A stretch of DNA of 32,000 nt, taken from the NCBI GenBank assembly GCA_002779075.1, contig PEXK01000050.1, positions 1 to 32,000 of the forward strand, given 5' to 3'. This document shows, piece by piece, positions 16,726-25,389 of this stretch (the stretch's first letter is position 1; every line of letters starts with the position of its first letter). The notes beneath the pieces are model-generated. The model did not search any database. It was not told the DNA's origin and worked only from the letters and a program-made list of their open reading frames with translations. Origin of the DNA: Candidatus Diapherotrites archaeon CG08_land_8_20_14_0_20_30_16. Lineage in GTDB: Archaea > Iainarchaeota > Iainarchaeia > Iainarchaeales > 0-14-0-20-30-16. The translations under genes were made by a program, and so were the position numbers.

Positions 16726-16830
16726 TTAAATTTGTATGTAGATTATGTGTTGGATAATACATTAAGCAGTATAAATTTGTGTGCAATATTCTTTTTTTTA
16801 ATTTCTAAAGGCGACTGTCATAGTACTTTT

Positions 16831-17355
16831 TTAACCAATCTGTTTTTCTGTTTCAAATCGATTTATAATGGCATTATATTTTTCTTTTTCTCTCTTATCT
16901 ATTATTTTTGATAATAAAGATTTTGCCAGATCAAATAATCCCAATGTTAATAAGTTATAAATAGATGTTCCTAATTCTACATCTTTTCTATATCGCCCAT
17001 CTTCTAAAGTTTCACTTTTAGATATTGTCAATATTTCTGCATTAACAAAGCGCATAAATTCATTTATTGCTCTTCCACGCAAAGCAACCAATTTAACTCT
17101 TGCTTTTAAGTACTGAGACCGCCTCTCAGATTTTATTTTTGCAGAATCCAAAGCACGTGTTTTTAATTCCAAATTAACAATTTGAGCATAAAGCCCAGTA
17201 TGCTTAGTTAAAAAGTGTGTACGATCCCACTCTTCTTGTGTTGGTGATTTAGGATTCCTGCAAACATCAGTTAAATAATCTAGTGACACTTTCTTAGCTC
17301 GAAAAGCGTCAAGGGTATCTTTATGGCTTGTTGTTAATCTTGGTTGTTTTGGCAT
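16831..17355 (-). CDS. Hypothetical protein
   Basis: 174-aa ORF (MPKQPRLTTSHK...), helical, with no recognised motif. Confidence 0.45.
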   Translation of the reverse strand: MPKQPRLTTSHKDTLDAFRAKKVSLDYLTDVCRNPKSPTQEEWDRTHFLTKHTGLYAQIVNLELKTRALDSAKIKSERRSQYLKARVKLVALRGRAINEFMRFVNAEILTISKSETLEDGRYRKDVELGTSIYNLLTLGLFDLAKSLLSKIIDKREKEKYNAIINRFETEKQIG

Positions 17356-17400
17356 AAAAATAATGAGTATATTGTAAATATAAAGATTTGCATAGTTGTC

Positions 17401-17508
17401 TTATTCTGAACACAGTGCTTCAATAGGGTCTAATTCACTTGCAATGTATGCAGGATATGCACCACCAATAATCCCAAAAACAATACTACTTTTGTTGTTG
17501 TAACCCAT
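17401..17508 (-). pseudogene. C-terminal remnant of an FtsX/MacB-type ABC permease
   Basis: 'SSIVFGIIGGAYPAYIASELDPIEALCSE*' matches the conserved last TM helix and tail ('G.YPA..A..L.P.EALR.E') of FtsX-family permeases. The rest of the 116-aa track ORF is low-complexity and antisense to 17626..18387. Confidence 0.5.
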
Positions 17509-17625
17509 GACCCTGCTTTGACAAAATATGCAGATATAATCTATTACATAAAAGATGGTCTTATTGAGAAAATAGAAAACAAAACAAAGAGAAAGTAATA
17601 TAAAAGGAATTGTATTAATTTTAGT

Positions 17626-18387
17626 ATGCCTGAAATACCAAAAAGTAGCCACATGAAAAAAATAAAACCAAGAAAAACCACTGAGGAAAGAAGCGAAATT
17701 GAAAGAAGAAAAAATATTGAAAAAGCCAAGAGAGGTAAAGCTATTTGGCAAATACTTGTTGCTAAGAGTTCTAAAGAAAGAAGCGAGATTGCAAGAAAAA
17801 GAGAAGCTGCTAAGAGTCCTGAAGAAAAAAGTGAAATTGGGAGAAAAGCGTGGGCTGGAATAACTCCTGAACAGAGAACTATGATTGCAAGAAGGGGTTG
17901 GATTAAAAAAACTTCTATAGAGAGAAGTGCATTAGGGGTAAAAAAATGGGCCGGAATAACTCCTGAACAGAGAACTATGATTGCAAGAAAGGGTTGGGCA
18001 ACTAAAAAAAGAGTTTCAGAAGTATTGAGTTGGGTAACTGTAAAAGTAAATCAGGACAAAGTTATAAGAAACAAAAAATTATTTGTTAAAGTTGCTAATG
18101 ATATTTTAAATGGAAACCTGGCAAGAGATATAGCAGAAAGATACAACATTTCTGAACTTGCAGTCATAGGTGCAAGAAGAAGATTGACCACTTATTTCAA
18201 GTTTAGCATTTCCACTCAAAAGGAAGATATACGAATAAAATCTCTACTAGCAAAAACTAGATTTTGGGACACTTTCACAGAGAAATGGGCAAACCAAAAT
18301 TTGTGGCCATACATTATATATAACAAACAGGGTCAAATTAATTATGCTGAGGAAGTAACAAAAGCATTAGTTAGTGCTTTTAAATAA
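17626..18387 (+). CDS. Hypothetical basic-repeat (NUMOD3-like) plus HTH protein
   Basis: At least 5 repeats of 'S/T-x-E-E/Q-R-S/T-x-I-A/G-R-K' (e.g. 'ITPEQRTMIARKGW'). C-terminal HTH-like 'LARDIAERYNISELAVIGARRRL'. Paralogous architecture to 5439..6305. Confidence 0.55.
   Translation: MPEIPKSSHMKKIKPRKTTEERSEIERRKNIEKAKRGKAIWQILVAKSSKERSEIARKREAAKSPEEKSEIGRKAWAGITPEQRTMIARRGWIKKTSIERSALGVKKWAGITPEQRTMIARKGWATKKRVSEVLSWVTVKVNQDKVIRNKKLFVKVANDILNGNLARDIAERYNISELAVIGARRRLTTYFKFSISTQKEDIRIKSLLAKTRFWDTFTEKWANQNLWPYIIYNKQGQINYAEEVTKALVSAFK
17851..17997 (+). repeat. Near-identical 51-nt direct repeat, 96-nt period, inside the CDS
   Basis: 17851-17901 versus 17947-17997 differ at 2 positions (TGGGC[T/C]GGAATAACTCCTGAACAGAGAACTATGATTGCAAGAA[G/A]GGGTTGG). 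Confidence 0.85.
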
Positions 18388-18430
18388 AAAGGGAGTAAAA
18401 CATTTATTGAGTTTGCTTTTAAAATAATAT

Positions 18431-20680
18431 ATGCCTAATTTTCAAGAACTAATACAAAAAATCAAAGAACTTAACAATATTGTGGAATTTAATGAAATGC
18501 AGATTAAAGCATTAAAAGAAGATTACACAGACAAAAACCTAATTATTGCAAGCCCAACTACTTCTGGCAAAACATTAGTTGCCGAAGCGTATATGTTGAA
18601 TACAATTTTAGAAAAAAGAAAAAGAGCTATTTTTATTTCTCCTTTAAAAGCATTAACATCAGAACATTTTTACAATTTCAAAAGCAAATACGAACAACAA
18701 TTTGATCTGAAAGTAGGCATATCAACAGGAGATTTGGATTCAAGCTCAAAATACTTGGACAATTATCAAATTATATATTTGACATTTGAAAAATTGGATT
18801 CATTAATCAGACACAGAGCACCTTGGCTACAAACTGTTGGATTGTTAGTTATTGATGAAATTCATAATTTAGATACTGACAGAGGGGCAGTATTAGAAAC
18901 AACTGTTGTTCAATTAAAACAGATTCTACCAAATATAAAAATAATTGGATTATCTGCAACAATTCCAAATGCAAAAGAATTAGCAAAATGGATTTCTGGC
19001 GAACTAATCTACTCAGAATATAGACCAGTAAAACTAAAAAAAGGCATCTTATTTGATAATACCATAATGTTTGATGATAAAAGCGAAGAAAAAATTCAAA
19101 CCAAATTAGGAGTTCTAGAAGACTTGGTAGCAGATACTTTAAACAAAAATAAACAAGCATTAATTTTTACAAATACAAGAAAAGGTGCAGAATCATTAGC
19201 AAAAAAATTAGCACTTATCACTAATAAAAAAATTTCTGAAAAAGAAAAAAAGAATATTGAAAAAGCAATTGAAGAAATAGAAAGTTCATTGCAAACAGAT
19301 TACGATAAAGAAACCACCAATATATTAAAATGTGGTGCAGGATTTCATCACGCAGGGTTAAGAGGTAGTTTAAGAACTAAAATTGAAGAATTATTTAAAA
19401 AAGCAGCCCTAAAGGTGTTAGTTGCAACGCCCACCTTATCGCAAGGCTGTAATTTGCCAGCATACAGAGTTATAATACATACAATACACAGACACAGTGC
19501 AAATGGAATGCAACCAATACCTGTTAAAGAATATGTTCAAATGTCTGGCAGAGCTGGTAGATTAGGATATGATACTTCTGGGGAGTCTATTTTAATTGCC
19601 CGTGACGAATTAGAACAAGATAATTTATTTGAAAAATATGTTTATGCTTTACCTGAAGATATTGAATCACAATTAGGATATATACCAACATTAAGAACAA
19701 TGTTATTGTCAGTAATTGCAAACGAAGTTATTTTTGATGATGATTCATTAACCAAATTTTTTGAAAGCACATTTTATGCAATTAGATTTGGGAACCTACA
19801 CTCTTTAATGACTAAAATTGAAACTGTTTTGAGAGAATTAATTAGTTTCGGTTTTGTTAAAATAGAAAATAATGTTATAAAACCAACAGAAATCGGGAAA
19901 AGAGTTTCAGAGCTTTACATTGACCCTCTAAGTGCCTACAACATCCTACACCAACTGAACAGATTTGATGATTTCACAGAAAAGGAATTTTTATTCACTT
20001 TAGTTAATACTGTAGAGCTAAAACCATATTTTATGCCACAAAAATCAAAGCATCAACAACTGGAAGAAGATCTTCAGGAGAATTACAGAGACTTAGCATT
20101 AGACACAAATGATCTTTGGGATGATTATGAAATATTAGAAAAATATTATACTTATTTAATTCTACAGGATTGGGTTTCTGAAGTAAGTGAACAGGACCTT
20201 CTCAACAATTATAATGTACTTCCAGGAACACTACATAATAAAATATACATTTGTGAATGGATATGTTACGCAATTGGAGAATTAGCACAAATCCTCAATA
20301 AAAATACAATTCACAAAAAATCAAAAACAATTGAAAGAAGAATTAAAGAAGGTGTTAAAGAAGAATTATTACTTTTGGTTGAGTTGCCAAATATTGGAAG
20401 AGCAAGAGCACGCAAACTGCACACAAACAATCTAAAAACAATTGGTGACATCAAAAACTGCGATCCTCAAAGATTAATCAATATATTGGGATTAAAAATT
20501 GCAGATAAATTGATGCAACATTTAAAGATGAATTTTGATATCAACACTATTTTTGTTCCAAAAGAGGAACAAAAACAAAAAGAAAATAAACTTGAAGATA
20601 AAATCCCAGATAAAAAACAAAGATTAACAAAAAAGAAATTAGAAACTGCAAAAACACAAAAGAGTTTGTTTAACTACTAA
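18431..20680 (+). CDS. hel308: Ski2-like/Hel308 superfamily-2 DNA helicase
   Basis: Walker A 'SPTTSGKT', 'VIDEIH', 'LSAT', 'HHAGL', 'QMSGRAGR'. C-terminal HhH 'LPNIGRARARKL'. Lys-rich ~60-aa tail. Confidence 0.8.
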   Translation: MPNFQELIQKIKELNNIVEFNEMQIKALKEDYTDKNLIIASPTTSGKTLVAEAYMLNTILEKRKRAIFISPLKALTSEHFYNFKSKYEQQFDLKVGISTGDLDSSSKYLDNYQIIYLTFEKLDSLIRHRAPWLQTVGLLVIDEIHNLDTDRGAVLETTVVQLKQILPNIKIIGLSATIPNAKELAKWISGELIYSEYRPVKLKKGILFDNTIMFDDKSEEKIQTKLGVLEDLVADTLNKNKQALIFTNTRKGAESLAKKLALITNKKISEKEKKNIEKAIEEIESSLQTDYDKETTNILKCGAGFHHAGLRGSLRTKIEELFKKAALKVLVATPTLSQGCNLPAYRVIIHTIHRHSANGMQPIPVKEYVQMSGRAGRLGYDTSGESILIARDELEQDNLFEKYVYALPEDIESQLGYIPTLRTMLLSVIANEVIFDDDSLTKFFESTFYAIRFGNLHSLMTKIETVLRELISFGFVKIENNVIKPTEIGKRVSELYIDPLSAYNILHQLNRFDDFTEKEFLFTLVNTVELKPYFMPQKSKHQQLEEDLQENYRDLALDTNDLWDDYEILEKYYTYLILQDWVSEVSEQDLLNNYNVLPGTLHNKIYICEWICYAIGELAQILNKNTIHKKSKTIERRIKEGVKEELLLLVELPNIGRARARKLHTNNLKTIGDIKNCDPQRLINILGLKIADKLMQHLKMNFDINTIFVPKEEQKQKENKLEDKIPDKKQRLTKKKLETAKTQKSLFNY

Positions 20681-20704
20681 TACAAAATCAACACATAAGA
20701 GTAA

Positions 20705-20729
20705 TGCATAAACTGTACTGTTTAGTGTA
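20705..20729 (-). promoter_or_regulatory. Box TACACTAAACAG plus TTTATGCA between convergent genes
   Basis: Minus strand reads TAA(permease stop)-AT-TACACTAAACAG-TACAG-TTTATGCA, pointing into the helicase 3' end. Confidence 0.4.
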
Positions 20730-20731
20730 AT

Positions 20732-22549
20732 TTATCTCTTTCGAAAGATATAAACTAGACTCAGGAATACAACTGTGTATGCTAGTAAAGCAATTGCATA
20801 ATATGTTGCAGACTTGCCAACTATTGCATTGATTAATGCATTCTTTCCTAAAGTCAAAGGCAGTATTGATGCTACTGCACTTAATGCTTGAGGCATAAAG
20901 TATATTGGCAAAATCAAACCAGATAGAAACAACATAGGCATTACTATTAGCAATGAAAGCAAAATTGCAATACTTTCGCTTTCAACAAACAACCCTATAA
21001 AAAGGCCTACTGAAACAAAAGAGAATATACTTAAAATTAAATATACCAAAAGAATAGGGACGTTTTGCAGAGGAAAACCAAACACTAAAATTGCAAAGAG
21101 GAACATCACTATTGCTGTCATGATCCCTACAATACTCTGGGCAAAAAATCTGCCCATAAAAAACCAAAATCTATTTCTTGGTGCTAACTTTTCTCTTACA
21201 TCTATGCCTTGAGTTTTATCTTTAACACCCGACATACTGACCAACAAAATTGCATTGAAAAGCAAAACCAAAACAATACCAAAAATTATTGCAATGTTTG
21301 ATGATTTAAAAAATTCATAACGAGATTCTTTTTCTATTTTAATTGGATTTGCAATAGCTTCAGGATCAAATTTTGCAGGATCCAACTGTAAAATAAGAGA
21401 ATCCATCAAAACAATTGATTTATTCAAATCCTCTTTTATTTCTGCTTGCTTCTTCAAACTGTTGTCAACAACAGAATTTACATAAGTGAAATCTTGTTCT
21501 ACCTCTACTATTTTATTTTGTAAATTTATTAACATTACATTTGTATCATTCACATCCTCTTCAATTAAATTAAAAGTTGCATTGAAATCTTTTACAAACT
21601 TGCCTAAACCCAAAGAGCTTTTGTTTGCATTAGTATTGGCATCTCCCAAACTTTCTAATAAGATGTTTAAGTCCTGAGAAATTATTTCTGTTGAGTTCAA
21701 AAAAGAATTCAAATCCAAAGTATTTTTATCAATATTTAACTGAGTCAGTGCTAAAGATAGTAACAATGCCTGTGATTTAATTGTTGCTAAATCTAATTTG
21801 AATTTACCTAAATCAAAATAAATAGAATCTATTAAATCTACTAATTCCTTGTTTGAATTATATGCCTCTTCTAAAACCTCTTTATCCTTTTTTAGCTCAT
21901 CTAATTTTGTATCTACATTATTGAGGTCTTTTTGTTTGTCATTTAAAGTCTGCTTTATTTCTGTGAAATTAACACTATCCAACTTTTGTTTTATGCCCAA
22001 TAACTCTGTTCTACTATCATCTAACATTTTGTTATAATTCTGCAATTTGTCTTTTTGTTCTATCAAAATAACCCTTAAATTTTTTATTTCGTTTGTTATT
22101 TCCGTTATCTTTTCTAAAGAAATCTTGTTGGAAAGCCCTAATAAGGCGTTTTCTGTTAGATTTACACCTGATTTTCCAACAAAAAAGTCTAAATCTTCAT
22201 AATAAATCTTTGCATAATATGTACTTTGGGCCAAAGGATTTACAAAAACAAATATTGGTGATACGCTAAATACATTATCAAAAAAGCCAGCAGTAAATCT
22301 CTGCAAAAGAGAAGCACTTTGATCAATTCCAAAGAATGTAGGGGTTATTCCAAACAATTTAAACTGCCCAGTAACTAAATCAGTGTTAAGATCTTGGACT
22401 TGTGACAAACCAATATTAAAACTAATATCGTGGCCTGAAAACCCAACTCCAAGCAAATAAACTAAAAGCAGAGGATAAACCAAAAGAATAATTATTGAAA
22501 ATTTCTTTGAAAATAAAACCTTTAACTCTTTCCAAATAACAGACAACAT
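20732..22549 (-). CDS. ABC-2-type permease with large extracytoplasmic coiled-coil insert (YhgE/Pip-like)
   Basis: ATG at 22549. An N-terminal TM helix, a ~400-aa Asn/Leu/Lys-rich coiled-coil region, then 5 C-terminal TM helices typical of ABC-2 permeases. Confidence 0.65.
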   Translation of the reverse strand: MLSVIWKELKVLFSKKFSIIILLVYPLLLVYLLGVGFSGHDISFNIGLSQVQDLNTDLVTGQFKLFGITPTFFGIDQSASLLQRFTAGFFDNVFSVSPIFVFVNPLAQSTYYAKIYYEDLDFFVGKSGVNLTENALLGLSNKISLEKITEITNEIKNLRVILIEQKDKLQNYNKMLDDSRTELLGIKQKLDSVNFTEIKQTLNDKQKDLNNVDTKLDELKKDKEVLEEAYNSNKELVDLIDSIYFDLGKFKLDLATIKSQALLLSLALTQLNIDKNTLDLNSFLNSTEIISQDLNILLESLGDANTNANKSSLGLGKFVKDFNATFNLIEEDVNDTNVMLINLQNKIVEVEQDFTYVNSVVDNSLKKQAEIKEDLNKSIVLMDSLILQLDPAKFDPEAIANPIKIEKESRYEFFKSSNIAIIFGIVLVLLFNAILLVSMSGVKDKTQGIDVREKLAPRNRFWFFMGRFFAQSIVGIMTAIVMFLFAILVFGFPLQNVPILLVYLILSIFSFVSVGLFIGLFVESESIAILLSLLIVMPMLFLSGLILPIYFMPQALSAVASILPLTLGKNALINAIVGKSATYYAIALLAYTVVFLSLVYIFRKR

Positions 22550-22554
22550 ATTTA

Positions 22555-23898
22555 TCACACTTTGTCTTTTTTTATACTCCAGTAGCCACCTTTCTTTGAA
22601 CCAATTCGTTCTAATATGCCTTGTTTTTTTAATTGATTTAATTTATATTCTATTCCTCTTCTGGTAAGCCCAGTTAATACAATTAAATCTTTTGCCCTTA
22701 TTTTAGGATTTTCTTTTATTGCAGGAATTATTTTATCCACAGTTTTATCCACAGTTTTATCCACAGGTTCTACCAACCGTTCAACATTTGGCCTTTTAAT
22801 GTAAACTCTAAAATAAGATCCTGATTGTTCAAAAATGGGTTTTTCTAGTTTTTCTTTTTTTAACAATGCAATTACATTTAATATGCCTTGGCCCCATTTA
22901 TCAATTAAACCTGTATAATATACTGTTTCTGCAATAGATCTATTCCTAGGTACAGAATCATGTATTTTATATAAATTAGATATTTTTAAATCGCCTGGTA
23001 AATAACCTGTATTGGATATTATTAATTCTTTATCTCGAATATCAATATACACAAAACCATTTGTAGTATAATCTCTATGAATAAACGCATTTATAATTAT
23101 TTCTCTTAACACTTCAATTGGAATCTCCCATCGTTCTTTCCTATATAATCCTTCAATCTTTGCTTCTAATCTAATATGCTCTTTAATAAAATTAATTCCT
23201 GACTCTAAATTTTCAAAAAGATTGCCATTAAAATCTTTCATACTGATGATTTCTGTTTCACCTTTTAACCGTCTTGCCCTCAAACTAAAATTAGGATCAA
23301 ATCTTATTGGTTCCCTACCAAATAATACTATACAAGCATTAGTAATTTTATTGTCTTTTATCAAACCCAATTTAGTTAATATTCTTATTTTGTCTTTATC
23401 AACAATATTTAATCTTTTTGATTCTCTTACTAATTTTAAGAATTCATTAACTGTTTTAATATTAATGTCTTTTATTGTCGCAGCTTTACACATTTGTAAT
23501 TCCCATTCAGATGCAACTTGTTCAAATGCCAATCTTCTTAATTCTTCAAAAGTCATTGCTTTAGTTTCAGAACCAATTCTCTTGTAAGATACACCATCTA
23601 AAGAATAAGGTTTATTCTGTCCTTCTTTAATAACTACTTTTATTATAGTTTTACTCTCTACAATAATTTCTCTAATCTCTGGTTGTATTTCTGGTTTTAT
23701 TTTCTGTAATATTTTTTGCGAAATATTTCTTAAAGTTGAATCTGAAACAACTTGTCCAATAATTTTGCTATTATCATTTATTCCAAAATAAAGAGTGCCA
23801 CCTTTATGATTACTAAAAGCACAAAGGTCTTCCAAAGAGTTATCCAATTGAGATGTACTTTTTTTTAACTCTATTGTTTCTGATTCTTTGAATTTCAT
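22555..23898 (-). CDS. AlbA_2 (Schlafen-like) plus HATPase_c_4-like plus C-terminal wHTH protein ('RecG-like' putative regulator)
   Basis: 'ESETIELKKS...LCAFSNHKGGTLYFGI' AlbA_2 N-terminus, 'EIIINAFIHRDY' ATPase-like core, and C-terminal wHTH 'AKDLIVLTGLTRRGIEYKLNQLKKQGIL'. It sits 2 nt after the ATPase stop and 5 nt before the permease ATG. Confidence 0.7.
   Translation of the reverse strand: MKFKESETIELKKSTSQLDNSLEDLCAFSNHKGGTLYFGINDNSKIIGQVVSDSTLRNISQKILQKIKPEIQPEIREIIVESKTIIKVVIKEGQNKPYSLDGVSYKRIGSETKAMTFEELRRLAFEQVASEWELQMCKAATIKDINIKTVNEFLKLVRESKRLNIVDKDKIRILTKLGLIKDNKITNACIVLFGREPIRFDPNFSLRARRLKGETEIISMKDFNGNLFENLESGINFIKEHIRLEAKIEGLYRKERWEIPIEVLREIIINAFIHRDYTTNGFVYIDIRDKELIISNTGYLPGDLKISNLYKIHDSVPRNRSIAETVYYTGLIDKWGQGILNVIALLKKEKLEKPIFEQSGSYFRVYIKRPNVERLVEPVDKTVDKTVDKIIPAIKENPKIRAKDLIVLTGLTRRGIEYKLNQLKKQGILERIGSKKGGYWSIKKDKV
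22731..22766 (-). repeat. 3 x 12-nt perfect tandem repeat in the CDS linker
   Basis: TTTTATCCACAG x3 on the + strand, encoding 'VDKTVDKTVDK' between the ATPase-like core and the wHTH. Confidence 0.85.
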
Positions 23899-23900
23899 AT

Positions 23901-24833
23901 TTATCCCTTTATTATATTTTCAAATGCATCTTCTAAAGTAGGCATAAAGATATTTGTGTCTTTAACAATTAATCTCTTAGATTCTATTAAATAAACAACA
24001 TCTGTCAAAGTGTTCAAAACATTTTCCGAGCTTATTACTATTCTAGTTTTGTCCTCGTTTGTTTCAATAGCATTGAATTTTCGTTTTATTTGTGATAATA
24101 TTGTATCACCTATTGCTTTAGATAAAATTAATTCTATTCTTACAGTTCTCGCAAATTTCTCTTGTATTTCCTTTGGTGTACCAAACAAAATTATTCTTCC
24201 CTCTTTCAATATTGCAATTTTATCACAAAGTTTCTGTGCTTCATCCAAATAATGTGTTGTCAATATCAATGTCTTGCCTTGTTCCTTTAACTTTGTTATT
24301 ACTTCCCAAACTTTAATTCGCATATCAGTATCTAAAGCAACTGTAGGCTCATCTAAAAGAATTAATGTTGGGTTGTGCAAAAGAGAAATTGCTATATTCA
24401 ATAATCTTTTGTAGCCACCAGAAAGCTTTTGTGCTTTTGTATTTGTAAATTTAGATAGACTCAAATCATCAATTAATTTAGGAATTACATTTTTTCTTTC
24501 TTTTCTTGACAGGCCATAGGCTTTCGAAAAATATTGCAGATTATCTTTGACAGTCAGTTCCATATAAAAAGCAAAATCCTGAGGCACTAAAGTAATATGT
24601 TTTTTTATACTGTGAAAGTCTTTATCCTGGTCTGTACCTAAGACAAATATTTTTCCATCATCCTTTTCAATAAGTTTTGTTATTAATTTAGAAACTGTGC
24701 TTTTGCCAGCACCATTAGGACCTAACAGGCCTATACATTGGCCAGCATAAGCTTCAAAGCTCACGCCAGTCAAAACCTGTTTCTTTCCAAAGCTTTTACG
24801 TAAATTTGATATTTTCAAAACTGCTTCAGACAT
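23901..24833 (-). CDS. ABC transporter ATP-binding protein (ABC-2/DrrA-like)
   Basis: Walker A 'GPNGAGKST', signature 'LSGGYKRLL', Walker B 'LILLDEPT', H-loop 'TTHY'. Confidence 0.85.
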   Translation of the reverse strand: MSEAVLKISNLRKSFGKKQVLTGVSFEAYAGQCIGLLGPNGAGKSTVSKLITKLIEKDDGKIFVLGTDQDKDFHSIKKHITLVPQDFAFYMELTVKDNLQYFSKAYGLSRKERKNVIPKLIDDLSLSKFTNTKAQKLSGGYKRLLNIAISLLHNPTLILLDEPTVALDTDMRIKVWEVITKLKEQGKTLILTTHYLDEAQKLCDKIAILKEGRIILFGTPKEIQEKFARTVRIELILSKAIGDTILSQIKRKFNAIETNEDKTRIVISSENVLNTLTDVVYLIESKRLIVKDTNIFMPTLEDAFENIIKG

Positions 24834-24876
24834 ATTATCACAAAGAATACCAATTATAAATATAAATATATTACTA

Positions 24877-25293
24877 TTAAATATCTAAAACAAATTCACA
24901 ACTTTTTTCTTTTGTTTTTACATCCTCTTTGTACAGAACATTGAAAGAAACTGCTTTAACTTCGATTTTATAATCTTCTTTCTTTGTTTCGCACAAAACA
25001 AAAGAGCAGGTTAAAATATATTTTTCTTTTTTGTGTTCCAAATTACAACTAAACAGCTTGCTTGCAAAATGTTCGTAGTTTGCAATGTAAACAATTTCAT
25101 CAATAAAATCATGTATCAGTTGTTCAATAGATCCAGACTCTAAAACTAATTCCCTATGTTTATCGCATTTTATTGGCTTAGCTTCAAAAATAGCCTCGTT
25201 TACAGATTTAACAATATCTGAAAAGAATTCAAACTCGTTTTTTGCTTTAACTCTGATCTTAATATCTGCTGTATGCTCTAGATATTCAAACAT
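24877..25293 (-). CDS. Archease (RtcB activator)
   Basis: 138 aa. N-terminal 'FEYLEHTADIKIRV' hallmark. Immediately downstream of rtcB. Confidence 0.85.
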   Translation of the reverse strand: MFEYLEHTADIKIRVKAKNEFEFFSDIVKSVNEAIFEAKPIKCDKHRELVLESGSIEQLIHDFIDEIVYIANYEHFASKLFSCNLEHKKEKYILTCSFVLCETKKEDYKIEVKAVSFNVLYKEDVKTKEKSCEFVLDI

Positions 25294-25305
25294 TTTTCCC
25301 CTTCA

Positions 25306-25360
25306 CCAATACACAATCAACACACAAATCATTTTTCCAACACATAATCAACATATAATC
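25306..25360 (-). repeat. Four tandem GT-rich units (GATTRTGTGTTGG-like) in the archease leader
   Basis: Minus strand reads GATTATATGTT / GATTATGTGTTGG / (AAAAAT) / GATTTGTGTGTT / GATTGTGTATTGG. The 14-mer GATTATGTGTTGGA recurs at 16741-16754 (+). Confidence 0.7.
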
Positions 25361-25364
25361 TAAA

Positions 25365-25389
25365 TATATAAATTTTCCTGTTTAGTGTA
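25365..25389 (-). promoter_or_regulatory. Promoter box TACACTAAACAG plus TATA TTTATATA (archease promoter)
   Basis: Minus strand reads TAG(rtcB stop)-TACACTAAACAG-GAAAA-TTTATATA. Confidence 0.6.

Noticed and set aside
16723-16911. 62-aa + strand ORF downstream of the orphan promoter.
   Set aside because: It is extremely hydrophobic and low-complexity, and it overlaps the 3' end of the convergent 174-aa gene. A non-coding transcript is more plausible (see finding).
17401-17751. 116-aa ORF taken as an intact gene.
   Set aside because: Only the last ~30 residues resemble anything (the FtsX tail). The remainder is a Phe-rich shadow antisense to the 17626..18387 start.
3752-22558. N-terminal extensions in the track starting at GTG/TTG codons (5074, 6314, 7780, 7985, 11435, 12094, 12679, 15120, 16003, 22558).
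   Set aside because: In each case an in-frame ATG a few codons downstream is preceded by a GGTGAT/GAGG-type Shine-Dalgarno site, or sits about 25-30 nt from a TATA box. The shorter starts were used.
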